Assembly (NCBI GenBank): GCA_045588165.1
Contig: JAZNDP010000015.1
Span: 12,214-76,213 of the forward strand
Length of the DNA: 64,000 nt
Direction: 5' to 3'
Source of the DNA: Eubacteriales bacterium
GTDB taxonomy: Bacteria > Bacillota > Clostridia > Oscillospirales > CAG-272
The notes under the pieces were generated by a model. That model had not been told where the DNA came from. It made no database searches and was given only the letters and a program-made list of their open reading frames with translations. A program made the position numbers and the translations under genes. Below are positions 17,888-27,318 of this stretch, in pieces. Numbering within the stretch: the first letter of the stretch is position 1; each line of letters starts with the position of its first letter.

Positions 17888-18607
17888 ATGTTCTGTATCA
17901 AAATTGCGGATATACGTATTGCAATCGATAACAAATATAACTACGTAAAGCTCCTTTGTAATGATTACACCGTACCGGAAAGCGAAGGGGTGGATATGAC
18001 CGTACGGGTCTCCGAGGAAGAAATCCTTCGTGAAATGGAAGCCGCAGAGGTGAAAATAACACCTGACTATGCGGAGGGAGTTTGCGTATACCGATCCATC
18101 TGCAGACGACTGCCAATTGATTTTCAATCGTTTTTGATGCATTGCGCCGTGATTGAATACGAGGGACAGGGATATGCCTTCGCCGCCAAAAGCGGTACGG
18201 GAAAATCCACGCATATCGCCCTGTGGCAAAAAAGGTTTGGTGATTCTGTAAAAATCATTAACGGAGATAAGCCGATTATGCGGTTTGCGAATCATCATCT
18301 CCTCGCCTACGGAACACCTTGGTGCGGCAAGGAAGGCTATAACATCAACACTTCGGTTCCATTGACAGCAATATGCTTTTTGGAAAGATCGCAGACAAAT
18401 ACCATTCGAAGAATCAAAGCCGATGAAGCGGTGATGAGAATTTTTCATCAAATCCTGTCTCCCGAGGATATGGAAACGGTAGACGCGTTATTTCCGTTGC
18501 TGGATCGGATGCTTCGACAGATCCCTTGCTACGTATTAGGATGTAATATTTCCGAGGAAGCCGCAGAGGTTGCGTATCAGGGAATGAATCTGAAAAATAA
18601 TTTTTAA
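17888..18607 (+). CDS. P-loop protein with HPr-kinase-like Walker A (putative HprK-related kinase)
   Basis: 239 aa from ATG 17888 (AAAGGAG RBS); the longer 17807 ORF would run through the terminator. Central AKSGTGKST, then INGDKP and GTPWCGKEG. Confidence 0.5.
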   Translation: MFCIKIADIRIAIDNKYNYVKLLCNDYTVPESEGVDMTVRVSEEEILREMEAAEVKITPDYAEGVCVYRSICRRLPIDFQSFLMHCAVIEYEGQGYAFAAKSGTGKSTHIALWQKRFGDSVKIINGDKPIMRFANHHLLAYGTPWCGKEGYNINTSVPLTAICFLERSQTNTIRRIKADEAVMRIFHQILSPEDMETVDALFPLLDRMLRQIPCYVLGCNISEEAAEVAYQGMNLKNNF

Positions 18608-18626
18608 TCACAGAAAGAGAATCAAT

Positions 18627-18890
18627 ATGAAAATCAAAAAGGGCTTTGTAGTCAGAGAGCTTGCCGGTGAGTGCGTCGTCGTGGCACTTGGTGAGGCAAG
18701 TAAGGTCTTTAACGGAATCATTAAGCTGAACGCGACGGGAAAGATCCTTTGGGAAATGCTCGCCCGCGGCTGCGAAAAGGAAGAAGCGGTTGATGCGATA
18801 TTGAAGGATTACGAGATTGACCGTGAAACGGTAGAAGCGGATTTTGACCTCTTTGTAGAAACCTTAAAGGGAGCGAATATTCTTGAATAA
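18627..18890 (+). CDS. PqqD-family protein (RRE-type peptide chaperone fold)
   Basis: 87 aa. Typical PqqD layout: beta-strand start (FVVRELAGECVVV), LNATGKILWEML, and an acidic C-terminal helix region (ETVEADFDLFVETL). Confidence 0.75.
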   Translation: MKIKKGFVVRELAGECVVVALGEASKVFNGIIKLNATGKILWEMLARGCEKEEAVDAILKDYEIDRETVEADFDLFVETLKGANILE

Positions 18891-19365
18891 CCGAGAAATA
18901 AATTTGACGGATGCGATTGCGGTCATTGAGGAGGTCCTGGAGGGGGGCGGGGAATTCCGTCTTTACCCGAAGGGAACCAGTATGCTACCGCTTCTGCGGC
19001 AGGGCAAGGATTCTGTTGTTTTAAGCAAAAGACCTGATTCCGCAACGCCCCTAAAAAAGCACGATATTGCTTTTTACCGACGCAAAAACGGTCAGTTTGT
19101 CCTTCACCGTGTTATGAAAACATGTCGGGACGGCAGCTTTACGATGTGCGGAGATAATCAGACCGTCCCGGAGACGGGAATCCTTCCCGATCAGATCATA
19201 GGATATGTTTGCAGAATATATAAAGGGGAAAAAGAGCTCTCTTTCCATTCTGTAAGATATAAAATATACGTATTTTTTTGGACCTGTATGCCATATCGGC
19301 GTTGTATCAGATTTTTCAGAAGAGGCTTTCGCTTTATAAAACGTTGCCTTCTGGGAAATAAATAA
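18883..19365 (+). CDS. S24/S26-family serine peptidase (signal-peptidase/LexA-like fold)
   Basis: 160 aa. Nucleophile motif KGTSMLP, second catalytic motif FVLHRVMK, and a basic C-terminal tail. The TTG start overlaps the PqqD stop by 8 nt. Confidence 0.65.
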   Translation: MNNREINLTDAIAVIEEVLEGGGEFRLYPKGTSMLPLLRQGKDSVVLSKRPDSATPLKKHDIAFYRRKNGQFVLHRVMKTCRDGSFTMCGDNQTVPETGILPDQIIGYVCRIYKGEKELSFHSVRYKIYVFFWTCMPYRRCIRFFRRGFRFIKRCLLGNK

Positions 19366-19388
19366 GAATGAATTTCTGCTTCGATACC

Positions 19389-19428
19389 ATACCGCAAAAG
19401 ACTGCAGTTTTTTGCGGTATATTTTTTT
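19389..19428 (+). terminator. Rho-independent terminator
   Basis: 11-bp stem ATACCGCAAAA / TTTTGCGGTAT followed by ATTTTTTTG. Confidence 0.75.
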
Positions 19429-19443
19429 GTAGGAGAGGAAAAG

Positions 19444-20103
19444 ATGATAACCTTTACAAGCATTCAAAACGATCCCACGATCAAAGAATATATCAGCAAA
19501 GCTGACCAATCACTGTTGGCGCTGGGATACACCGAGCACAGCTTCGCTCACGTAGGGAAGGTCTCTCATTCGGTGGAATATATTTTAACAAGCCTTCATT
19601 TTCCCGAGCATGATATTGAACTTGGAAAAATCGCGGCATATATGCATGATATTGGCAATCTGGTAAATAGAGTGGATCATTCCCAAAGCGGAGCAATTAT
19701 GGCATTTCGTCTATTGGATCATATGGGCATGGATCCCGCGGATATAGCGACCATTGTCACCGCCATAGGGAATCACGACGAGGGAACGGGAGTTCCTGTC
19801 AATCCGATTGCCGCGGCTCTGATTTTAGCCGATAAATCCGATGTACGAAGAAGCCGCGTTCGTAATCGGGATGAGGCAACCTTTGATATCCATGACCGAG
19901 TGAATTATTCAGTCGTGGAATCAGATCTGACGATTCTGGATAAGGAACGGGAGATTCGCCTGAATCTGGTGATTGAAACGCAATACAGCTCGGTCATGGA
20001 TTATTTTGAGATATTCCTGAACCGTATGATTCTTTGCAGAAAAGCAGCGGAAACCTTAGGGTTGAAGTTCCGCCTGATCATCAATGATCAAATGCTGTTA
20101 TAA
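19444..20103 (+). CDS. HD-domain phosphohydrolase
   Basis: 219 aa. Motifs HSFAH, YMHDIGN, GNHDEG and ADKSD, typical of the HD superfamily. Confidence 0.75.
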   Translation: MITFTSIQNDPTIKEYISKADQSLLALGYTEHSFAHVGKVSHSVEYILTSLHFPEHDIELGKIAAYMHDIGNLVNRVDHSQSGAIMAFRLLDHMGMDPADIATIVTAIGNHDEGTGVPVNPIAAALILADKSDVRRSRVRNRDEATFDIHDRVNYSVVESDLTILDKEREIRLNLVIETQYSSVMDYFEIFLNRMILCRKAAETLGLKFRLIINDQMLL

Positions 20104-20128
20104 TTTTTATTTTTTTCTAAAAAAGCTA

Positions 20129-20157
20129 TTGACTTTACCGCTTTAGTGTGTTAAAAT
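20129..20157 (+). promoter_or_regulatory. Putative sigma-A promoter of the his operon
   Basis: TTGACT - 17 nt - TAAAAT, about 35 nt upstream of ATG 20192. Confidence 0.55.
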
Positions 20158-20191
20158 ATTAAAGTATTTTGGATAAAGAGGGGATATCAAT

Positions 20192-20485
20192 ATGAATATG
20201 CTTGAAAATAAAGGATATCAGCTGTTGATGAGAGCGATCGTTTCTATTCAAAACGAAGAGGAATGTATGGCATTTTTGGATGACTTGATGACCAAGAAGG
20301 AGTTGAATGACATCGCCCAGCGACTTCTGGTTGCGAAAATGTTATCGGATCAGGTAGTTTATAACAAAATTGTCGAGGAAACCGGCGCCAGTACCGCAAC
20401 CATCAGCCGTGTCAATCGCTGTATTTTATATGGAGACGGAGGGTATTCCCGTATTCTCGAACGAATTAAGGGAGAACAGAAATGA
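20192..20485 (+). CDS. TrpR-like YerC/YecD-family protein
   Basis: 97 aa. Motifs LT..E...IAQRL.VAKML and TGASTATISRV... match the YerC/YecD family as I recall it. Stop overlaps the hisZ start (ATGA). Confidence 0.75.
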   Translation: MNMLENKGYQLLMRAIVSIQNEEECMAFLDDLMTKKELNDIAQRLLVAKMLSDQVVYNKIVEETGASTATISRVNRCILYGDGGYSRILERIKGEQK

Positions 20486-21609
20486 GTTTTTCTAAGCAGG
20501 TATTGAAAAAAGAAGAAAGTGTCACGTACAGCTTAAGAGATCTGTACCGCAAGTACGGCTACTCCTTGTACAAGGTTAGCAAGTTTGAGGAGTACGATCT
20601 GTACGCTCATAACAAAAGCTTTCTCGTCAGCCAGAACGTTCTCACTTTTACCGATACCAACGGAAAGCTGTTGGCGCTGAAACCTGACGTGACCTTGTCT
20701 ATCATTAAAAACATTCCCGATCAGGACACGGTGATACATAAGCTTTGCTATAATGAGAACGTATACCGCACCTCCGCGGAAAGCAACGGCTTCCGCGAGA
20801 TCATGCAAACCGGACTGGAGTGTATCGGTAAGATTGATCTTTACGCCGAGTGCGAAGTAATCATGTTGGCGCTCCGCAGTCTGGAAACAGTCAGCAAGGA
20901 TTATATTTTGGACCTCTCACACATGGGAATCATTGACGGGCTTCTTGAATATACCAATATCGATCCCGCGGACAGAGAACCCTTTATCCGATTGATCGAG
21001 AGTAAAAACACCAATTCCTTGGCATATATTTGCGATCAACAGGGAATTTGTGAGGACATCAAGAAAAAGCTATGTACCCTTGCTGATCTGTATCTGCCCA
21101 TCAATCAGGCGCTTCCCGTTCTTGCCTCCCTGGTGCTTGGAGAAAAGATGAAGCAAGCCTATGAAAACCTGAAAAACATTGGGGCGGTTTTAAGCGCGTA
21201 CGGACTGGACAATCGGCTTTATCTTGACTTTTCTATTGTGAATGATGCCACATATTATGATGGATTGAGCTTCCGTGGATTTATTAACGGGATTCCCGAC
21301 AGCGTTCTCTCGGGAGGGCGGTATGATCGGTTGCTGCACCGTCTGGGTAAACAATCGGGCGCCATCGGATTTGCGGTTTATCTGGACCGTCTTGCACGGT
21401 TCGAGGCAGAAAGCGAGAGCTTTGACGTTGACGTAATGCTTTGGTATGATCCCGATACCAAGCCACAGGACCTTCTGGTAGCACAACGCCGTCTATTAGA
21501 AAACGGAAATCGTGTCATCACTGTTTCCGAGCCGTGTGAATCGGTTCGATACCGTCAACTGGTAAAATTGACAAATGGAGGAATGATCACCCTTGAAACC
21601 AATGATTAA
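20482..21609 (+). CDS. hisZ: ATP phosphoribosyltransferase regulatory subunit
   Basis: 375 aa. HisRS-like catalytic-core paralogue without an anticodon-binding domain, sitting directly upstream of a short-form hisG. Confidence 0.9.
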   Translation: MSFSKQVLKKEESVTYSLRDLYRKYGYSLYKVSKFEEYDLYAHNKSFLVSQNVLTFTDTNGKLLALKPDVTLSIIKNIPDQDTVIHKLCYNENVYRTSAESNGFREIMQTGLECIGKIDLYAECEVIMLALRSLETVSKDYILDLSHMGIIDGLLEYTNIDPADREPFIRLIESKNTNSLAYICDQQGICEDIKKKLCTLADLYLPINQALPVLASLVLGEKMKQAYENLKNIGAVLSAYGLDNRLYLDFSIVNDATYYDGLSFRGFINGIPDSVLSGGRYDRLLHRLGKQSGAIGFAVYLDRLARFEAESESFDVDVMLWYDPDTKPQDLLVAQRRLLENGNRVITVSEPCESVRYRQLVKLTNGGMITLETND

Positions 21610-22231
21610 CATTGCTCTGCCCAAAGGCCGACTGGGGGAGAAAGCTTACGGTATGTTTGAAAAAGCGGGCTTTGAGTGTCCTGCCATTCACGAGGAAAGC
21701 CGCAAGTTGATTTTTGAAAATCCGGAAAAGGGAGTTCGATATTTCTGGGTGAAGCCCTCTGACGTTGTAATTTACGTTGAGCGGGGCGCCGCTGATATCG
21801 GAATTGCGGGTAAGGATATTATTTTGGAATACGAGCCCGATATCTACGAGCTTGCGGATCTGGGAATCGGAAAATGCAGAATGGCGGTTGCCGCAAAAAA
21901 AGATTTCTGCGACCGCAGAGACCGTACCTTGCGAGTGGCAACGAAATTTCCCAATATCGCAAAGACCTATTATTCCTCTTTGAGCAGAGAGATCGATATC
22001 ATCAAGCTGAACGGCTCCATTGAGCTGGCACCAATCCTCGGGCTTTCCGACGTGATCGTGGATATCGTGGAAACGGGAAAAACACTCATCGAGAATGATC
22101 TTGAGCCGAAGAGCGATATTGTCAACATCAGCGCTCGCCTGGTAGCAAACAAGGTCAGCTATAAGTTTAAAAACGAAAGCATTCGAGCCATCTGTGAGCA
22201 GATGAATCGAGTGATCGAAAACGGGCAGTAA
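21593..22231 (+). CDS. hisG: ATP phosphoribosyltransferase, short form
   Basis: About 210 aa. Motifs INIALPKGRL and DIVETGKTL. Start is TTG 21593 or ATG 21602. Confidence 0.93.
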   Translation: MKPMINIALPKGRLGEKAYGMFEKAGFECPAIHEESRKLIFENPEKGVRYFWVKPSDVVIYVERGAADIGIAGKDIILEYEPDIYELADLGIGKCRMAVAAKKDFCDRRDRTLRVATKFPNIAKTYYSSLSREIDIIKLNGSIELAPILGLSDVIVDIVETGKTLIENDLEPKSDIVNISARLVANKVSYKFKNESIRAICEQMNRVIENGQ

Positions 22232-22248
22232 GTCCATAGGAGGATGCT

Positions 22249-23547
22249 GTGATACGGATATATAATTATAACGAGATTGATCGGTCGGAGATTTTCTCCA
22301 GAGAAATCGGCAGCACGAAAAATGTCGAGGGTGTGGTTTCCGATATTATTTGTGAGGTTCGAAGCAGAGGAGATGCCGCTCTTTTTGACTACTGTGAACG
22401 GTTCGACCGCGTGAAGCCGGATTCGCTGGAGGTGACCCAAGAGGAGATCGATAAAGCTTTTGCATCGGTAGATCCCACTTTTATCGAGATTCTGAAAAAG
22501 GCATCGAAGAACATTTACGCCTTTCATTCCAGACAGGTTCGGAATAGCTTTGTAATCAATGAAACCGATGGCGTGGTTATTGGGCAAAAGGTGATTCCGA
22601 TTGAAAAAGTCGGTCTTTACGTACCGGGAGGAACAGCGGCTTATCCGTCCTCCGTATTGATGAACTCCATTCCTGCCAAAATTGCAGGCTGTAAGGAGAT
22701 CGTTATGGTGACCCCCCCCTCACGGGACGGCAGTGTAAACCCCGTCATTCTTGCCGCCGCGAAGCTTGCAGGCGTAGGACGGATCTTTAAGGTTGGTGGT
22801 GCGCAGGCGATTGCCGCTCTGGCATACGGAACCGAGACCGTTCCCGCAGTGGATAAAATCGTCGGTCCCGGCAATGCATTTGTTGCCGAGGCAAAGAAGC
22901 AGGTATTCGGTAAGGTTGCCATCGACATGATCGCGGGTCCCAGTGAAATTTTGGTAATTGCGGACAGCACGTGCAATCCTGTCTACGTAGCCGCCGACCT
23001 TTTGTCTCAAGCAGAGCACGATAAGATGGCAAGTGCGGTTTTGGTTACCGATTCTTCGGAGCTTGCAGAACAGGTATCCCTTGAACTGGAGCGTCAAATT
23101 CCTCTTCTGGGAAGGGAAGAGATCGCGCGTGCATCCATTGATCAGAACGGCAAAATCATCGTCACAGACAGTATTTTACAGGCTGTAGAGGTTGCAAACA
23201 GCATAGCCCCCGAGCATCTGGAGCTCTGTGTAGACGATCCCTTCCGCTATTTGGATAAAATTCAACACGCGGGATCGATCTTTATGGGAAAATATTGTCC
23301 CGAAGCCTTGGGAGATTACTTTGCCGGTCCCAATCACACGCTACCTACCAGCGGAACGGCACGCTTTTCCAGTCCCTTGTCGGTGGACGATTTCGTTAAG
23401 AAAACACAATTCACCTATTATACCGAGGAAGCGCTCCAAAAGGTAAGCAAGGATATTGAGTTTTTTGCTCAAAAGGAAGGCCTTGGCGCTCATGCAAAAA
23501 GCGCCGTGATCCGATTTGAGGATTTCATAGAAACCGAGGAGAAATAA
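22249..23547 (+). CDS. hisD: Histidinol dehydrogenase
   Basis: 432 aa. Motifs IDMIAGPSE, QAEHD and EHLEL, in his-operon context. Confidence 0.95.
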   Translation: MIRIYNYNEIDRSEIFSREIGSTKNVEGVVSDIICEVRSRGDAALFDYCERFDRVKPDSLEVTQEEIDKAFASVDPTFIEILKKASKNIYAFHSRQVRNSFVINETDGVVIGQKVIPIEKVGLYVPGGTAAYPSSVLMNSIPAKIAGCKEIVMVTPPSRDGSVNPVILAAAKLAGVGRIFKVGGAQAIAALAYGTETVPAVDKIVGPGNAFVAEAKKQVFGKVAIDMIAGPSEILVIADSTCNPVYVAADLLSQAEHDKMASAVLVTDSSELAEQVSLELERQIPLLGREEIARASIDQNGKIIVTDSILQAVEVANSIAPEHLELCVDDPFRYLDKIQHAGSIFMGKYCPEALGDYFAGPNHTLPTSGTARFSSPLSVDDFVKKTQFTYYTEEALQKVSKDIEFFAQKEGLGAHAKSAVIRFEDFIETEEK

Positions 23548-24620
23548 TGAGCCGTTTCATCAATTCAAAATACGCACGTCTTGAGGCTTACACACCCGGC
23601 GAACAGCCAACAGACATGAAATACATTAAGTTGAATACCAACGAATCCCCCTTTCCGCCTTCTGCGGGTGTTCTTCGAGCCGTCAATGAGGATGCAGTAT
23701 CTCGCTTGAATCTATACCCCGATCCTGTTTGCAAGGGGCTTAAGAAAAAGCTTGCGGACTTGTATGGGGTCCAAGCAGACAATGTTTTTGTATCCAACGG
23801 ATCCGATGACATTTTAAATTTCTCCTTTATGGCTTTTTGCAACGCGGAGAATCATCCGGTAAAATTCCCGCAAATCTCTTATGGCTTTTACCGCGTTTAT
23901 GCCGAGCTTTACGGCGTACGCTACACAGAAATCCCGCTGAAAGAGGATTTTTCCATTTGTGTTGAGGATTATCTGGGCAACGATGCGAACGTAGTAATTG
24001 CCAACCCCAATGCGCCCACAGGTCTTGCATTATCCAAAAAGGAGATTGAACGTATCGTTCTCGCCAATCCCGACCGTTTGGTTTTGATCGATGAGGCGTA
24101 CGTAGACTTTGGCGCGGAATCCTGTGTGGATCTTACCTTAAAATACGACAATCTTTTGGTGGTTCAAACCTATTCCAAATCCCGTTCCATGGCAGGTGCC
24201 AGACTTGGATTTGCCTTTGGCAATCGGGAGATGATCGCGGATCTTGAAAAAATCAAGTTTTCTACCAATCCCTATAATATCAACCGTTTGACCTTGCTTG
24301 CGGGAGAAGCTGCCATTGAGGATAATCCGTATTATATGGATCACTGTGAAACGATTGCCAAAACCAGAAAATATACCCAAGAAAAATTGAGAGAAATGGG
24401 CTTTACATGTACCGATTCCAAAGCAAACTTTATTTTTGCGAAAAGTGGGGAGATCGGCGGTGAGGAGCTTTATCTCAAGCTGAAGGCGCAGGGAATTCTC
24501 GTACGGCACTTCAGCAATCCATTGATCTGCGACTACAACCGAATCACAGTTGGAACAAGAGAACAAATGGACTGTTTAATACAAGCGATCGCTTCAATTC
24601 TGAAAAAGGACGTAAAATAA
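23547..24620 (+). CDS. hisC: Histidinol-phosphate aminotransferase
   Basis: 357 aa. Class II aminotransferase with the TYSKSRSMAG PLP-lysine motif. Confidence 0.93.
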   Translation: MSRFINSKYARLEAYTPGEQPTDMKYIKLNTNESPFPPSAGVLRAVNEDAVSRLNLYPDPVCKGLKKKLADLYGVQADNVFVSNGSDDILNFSFMAFCNAENHPVKFPQISYGFYRVYAELYGVRYTEIPLKEDFSICVEDYLGNDANVVIANPNAPTGLALSKKEIERIVLANPDRLVLIDEAYVDFGAESCVDLTLKYDNLLVVQTYSKSRSMAGARLGFAFGNREMIADLEKIKFSTNPYNINRLTLLAGEAAIEDNPYYMDHCETIAKTRKYTQEKLREMGFTCTDSKANFIFAKSGEIGGEELYLKLKAQGILVRHFSNPLICDYNRITVGTREQMDCLIQAIASILKKDVK

Positions 24621-25210
24621 TGAGAAAAGCTGAAATCAACAGAAAAACGGCTGAAACCGATATCTCCTTGAGCTTAAATCTGGACGGTAACGGTGTTGCC
24701 GATATCAACAGCGGTTGTGGTTTTTTAGATCACATGCTGACCCTGCTTGCGTCTCACGCAAACATTGACCTTACGGTACGATGCGTGGGGGATACCCACG
24801 TAGACTACCATCACAGCGTAGAGGATATTGGAATCTGTCTGGGACAAGCCTTTGCCAAGGCGATTGGTGACGCCAAGGGAATCAACCGTTACGGTAGCAT
24901 GATCTTGCCCATGGACGAGACTTTGATCCTTTGCGCCATGGATATTTCCGGTCGGGACTGCCTTTGCTTCGGTCTGAATATTCCTGCCGAGCAGATCGGT
25001 GATTTTGATACCGAGCTTGCGGAGGAATTCTTCATTGCCTTTGTACGGCATTCCAAGATTTGTCTGCATTTTCAACAGCTGGCAGGTAAGAACTCCCACC
25101 ACATCATTGAAGGAGCCTTTAAGGCGTTTGCTCACGCGCTTGAGACCGCAGTGGCAATTGATCCTAAAAAGGCAGATAAGATTCCTTCCACAAAGGGTAT
25201 GCTGATATGA
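24620..25210 (+). CDS. hisB: Imidazoleglycerol-phosphate dehydratase
   Basis: 196 aa. Motifs GCGFLDHML, DYHHSVEDIG and NSHHIIEG. Confidence 0.95.
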   Translation: MRKAEINRKTAETDISLSLNLDGNGVADINSGCGFLDHMLTLLASHANIDLTVRCVGDTHVDYHHSVEDIGICLGQAFAKAIGDAKGINRYGSMILPMDETLILCAMDISGRDCLCFGLNIPAEQIGDFDTELAEEFFIAFVRHSKICLHFQQLAGKNSHHIIEGAFKAFAHALETAVAIDPKKADKIPSTKGMLI

Positions 25211-25818
25211 TAGCGATCATTGATTACGGTGTTGGTAATTTGTTCTCACTGAATAGCTCCTTTCGCGCCATTGGTGCCGAGGTTACCGTTACCTCCGATC
25301 CTGCGCAGATTGCGGCGGCAGACCGAATTCTTTTGCCGGGTGTAGGCGCTTTTGCCGATGCGGCAAAAAAACTCCGAGACAGCGGACTTGACCGTGTTAT
25401 TATGAAAGAAACGGCAAATGGCAAACCCCTGCTTGGAATTTGTCTCGGTATGCAGATGCTGTTTGAGAAAAGCTATGAATACGGCGAGCATGAAGGACTT
25501 GGCTTGATTCCCGGCGCAATTCGTCCCATCAGTGATGTGATTCCGAACGATCTGAAGATCCCTCATATTGGTTGGAACCCTCTGCATATGAAAGGAGAAA
25601 AGGATCCTTTGTTTTCCCATATTCAGGAAGGGGATTGTGTTTATTTCGTTCACTCCTTCTATGCGGCACATTGTGAGGATTACGTCATTGCCACCGCGGA
25701 ATACGGCGCGGAGCTGACTGCCGCAGTTCGAAATAAAAACGTTTGGGGTACCCAATTCCATCCCGAAAAGAGCGGCAAGGTCGGACTTGCAATTTTGAAA
25801 GCGTTTTGCGAAATGTAA
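25207..25818 (+). CDS. hisH: Imidazole glycerol phosphate synthase, glutaminase subunit
   Basis: 203 aa. Class I amidotransferase with GICLGMQ and QFHPEKS. Confidence 0.95.
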   Translation: MIAIIDYGVGNLFSLNSSFRAIGAEVTVTSDPAQIAAADRILLPGVGAFADAAKKLRDSGLDRVIMKETANGKPLLGICLGMQMLFEKSYEYGEHEGLGLIPGAIRPISDVIPNDLKIPHIGWNPLHMKGEKDPLFSHIQEGDCVYFVHSFYAAHCEDYVIATAEYGAELTAAVRNKNVWGTQFHPEKSGKVGLAILKAFCEM

Positions 25819-25828
25819 AGGAGCAGAT

Positions 25829-26551
25829 ATGAACATAATACCTGCAATTGATCTGATTGGCGGACAAGCAGTCCGACTGATGAAGGGCGATTACAATAAA
25901 GTAACCGTATACAGTGATGCCCCTGCGGAGGTTGCAAAAAGCTTTGAGGAAAGCGGCGCAAAATTTTTGCATATCGTTGATCTGGATGGCGCCAAAGAGG
26001 GAAGTACAGCAAATTTTGAGACCATACAAAGTATTGTGGCTAAAACCAATCTTTCCGTTGAGGTTGGCGGCGGAATCCGAAGCATGGATACCGTCAAGAA
26101 ATACATTGAGATTGGTGTCGACCGCGTGATCATTGGAACGGCAGCGGTTACAGATCCCGACTTTTTGAAAAGCGCGGTTGCGGCATATCCCGATCATATT
26201 GCCGTCGGCATTGATATTAAGGACGGAATGGTTGCAATCAAGGGTTGGACTGAGGTCAGTGCGCTTTCTTGCTTTGATTTTTGTAAATCGGTTCAGGATC
26301 TGGGTGTCAAGACCATCATCTGCACGGATATTTCCAAGGACGGTATGATGTCGGGCACCAATCTGGAGCTTTACCGTGACCTATCCGATCAATTTAAGCT
26401 GAATATTATCGCTTCGGGCGGTATTTCTACCATGGAAGACGTACGCCGTCTGGCGGAAATGAATTTGTACGGAGCAATCCTTGGGAAGGCTCTGTATACG
26501 GGAGCAATTGATTTGAGGGAGGCTGTTTCCCTCGCAAAGGAGTACGCATGA
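25829..26551 (+). CDS. hisA: ProFAR isomerase
   Basis: 240 aa. Motifs IIPAIDL, HIVDLDGA and ASGGIS. Confidence 0.95.
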   Translation: MNIIPAIDLIGGQAVRLMKGDYNKVTVYSDAPAEVAKSFEESGAKFLHIVDLDGAKEGSTANFETIQSIVAKTNLSVEVGGGIRSMDTVKKYIEIGVDRVIIGTAAVTDPDFLKSAVAAYPDHIAVGIDIKDGMVAIKGWTEVSALSCFDFCKSVQDLGVKTIICTDISKDGMMSGTNLELYRDLSDQFKLNIIASGGISTMEDVRRLAEMNLYGAILGKALYTGAIDLREAVSLAKEYA

Positions 26552-27306
26552 TTACAAAGCGAATTATTCCTTGTCTGGATGTCAAAAACGGACGTGTGGT
26601 CAAGGGAGTTAATTTTCTGGATTTAAAGGATGTTTCCTCGCCTGTTTCCTTAGCGGAATTTTACAGCGATTGCGGAGCGGACGAATTGGTTTTCTACGAC
26701 ATTACCGCGTCTTATGAGGAACGGTCTTTATTTACGGATATTTTGAGAGAAACGGCAGAGCGTGTGTTTATTCCTCTGACGGTAGGGGGCGGTATTCGCT
26801 CTCTGGACGATTTTGACCGCGTATTAAAGTGTGGCGCGGACAAAGTCAGCGTGAATTCCGGCGCCATTGCCAATCCCGATCTGATTTACCATGCCGCCAA
26901 AAAATACGGAGACCAATGTGTGGTTCTATCCGTAGATATGAAACGTGTAGGAAACTCTTTCCACGTATTTAATAAGGGTGGACGAGAAGATACGGGAATG
27001 GAAGCCATTGAGTGGATCAAACGCGGTGTTGCCAACGGCGCGGGAGAAATTGTGGTCAACAGCATTGATACCGACGGTGTCAAGGGAGGCTTTGATCTTG
27101 AAATGCTTGACGCGGTTTGTCATGCCGTTCAAGTACCTGTTATTGCGTCGGGCGGCGCGGGGTGCATCGACGATTTTGTTACTCTGTTCCATCAACTCCC
27201 CAAGGTGGACGCGGGACTTGCGGCTTCCATTTTCCACTTTGGAGAGGTTAATATCAAGGATCTAAAACAACGATTGAAGAATGAAAATATTCACGTCAGA
27301 TTATAA
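26548..27306 (+). CDS. hisF: Imidazole glycerol phosphate synthase, cyclase subunit
   Basis: 252 aa. Motifs KRIIPCLDV, LTVGGGIRS and ASGGAG. Confidence 0.96.
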   Translation: MITKRIIPCLDVKNGRVVKGVNFLDLKDVSSPVSLAEFYSDCGADELVFYDITASYEERSLFTDILRETAERVFIPLTVGGGIRSLDDFDRVLKCGADKVSVNSGAIANPDLIYHAAKKYGDQCVVLSVDMKRVGNSFHVFNKGGREDTGMEAIEWIKRGVANGAGEIVVNSIDTDGVKGGFDLEMLDAVCHAVQVPVIASGGAGCIDDFVTLFHQLPKVDAGLAASIFHFGEVNIKDLKQRLKNENIHVRL

Positions 27307-27318
27307 AGGAGAGCAAGG

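Noticed and set aside
17827-17931. 34-aa ORF (MPQNGMVFVLLYQMFGKGVFYVLYQNCGYTYCNR) overlapping the start of the HprK-like gene, considered as a RiPP precursor.
   Set aside because: Neither of its ATGs has an RBS, its 5' part lies inside the terminator hairpin, and it overlaps the downstream gene out of frame. It is worth a look only if homologous loci conserve it.
17150-18451. 433-aa minus-strand ORF spanning the 2-TM protein gene and the HprK-like gene.
   Set aside because: It is codon-aligned antisense to two plus-strand genes that have RBSs, a promoter and terminators. It runs through a terminator hairpin and has no motifs.
20103-20192. T-box riboswitch or leader-peptide attenuator in front of the his operon.
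   Set aside because: The region is only about 90 nt, most of it promoter. There is no specifier or T-box sequence, no terminator/antiterminator hairpins and no His-codon-rich leader ORF.
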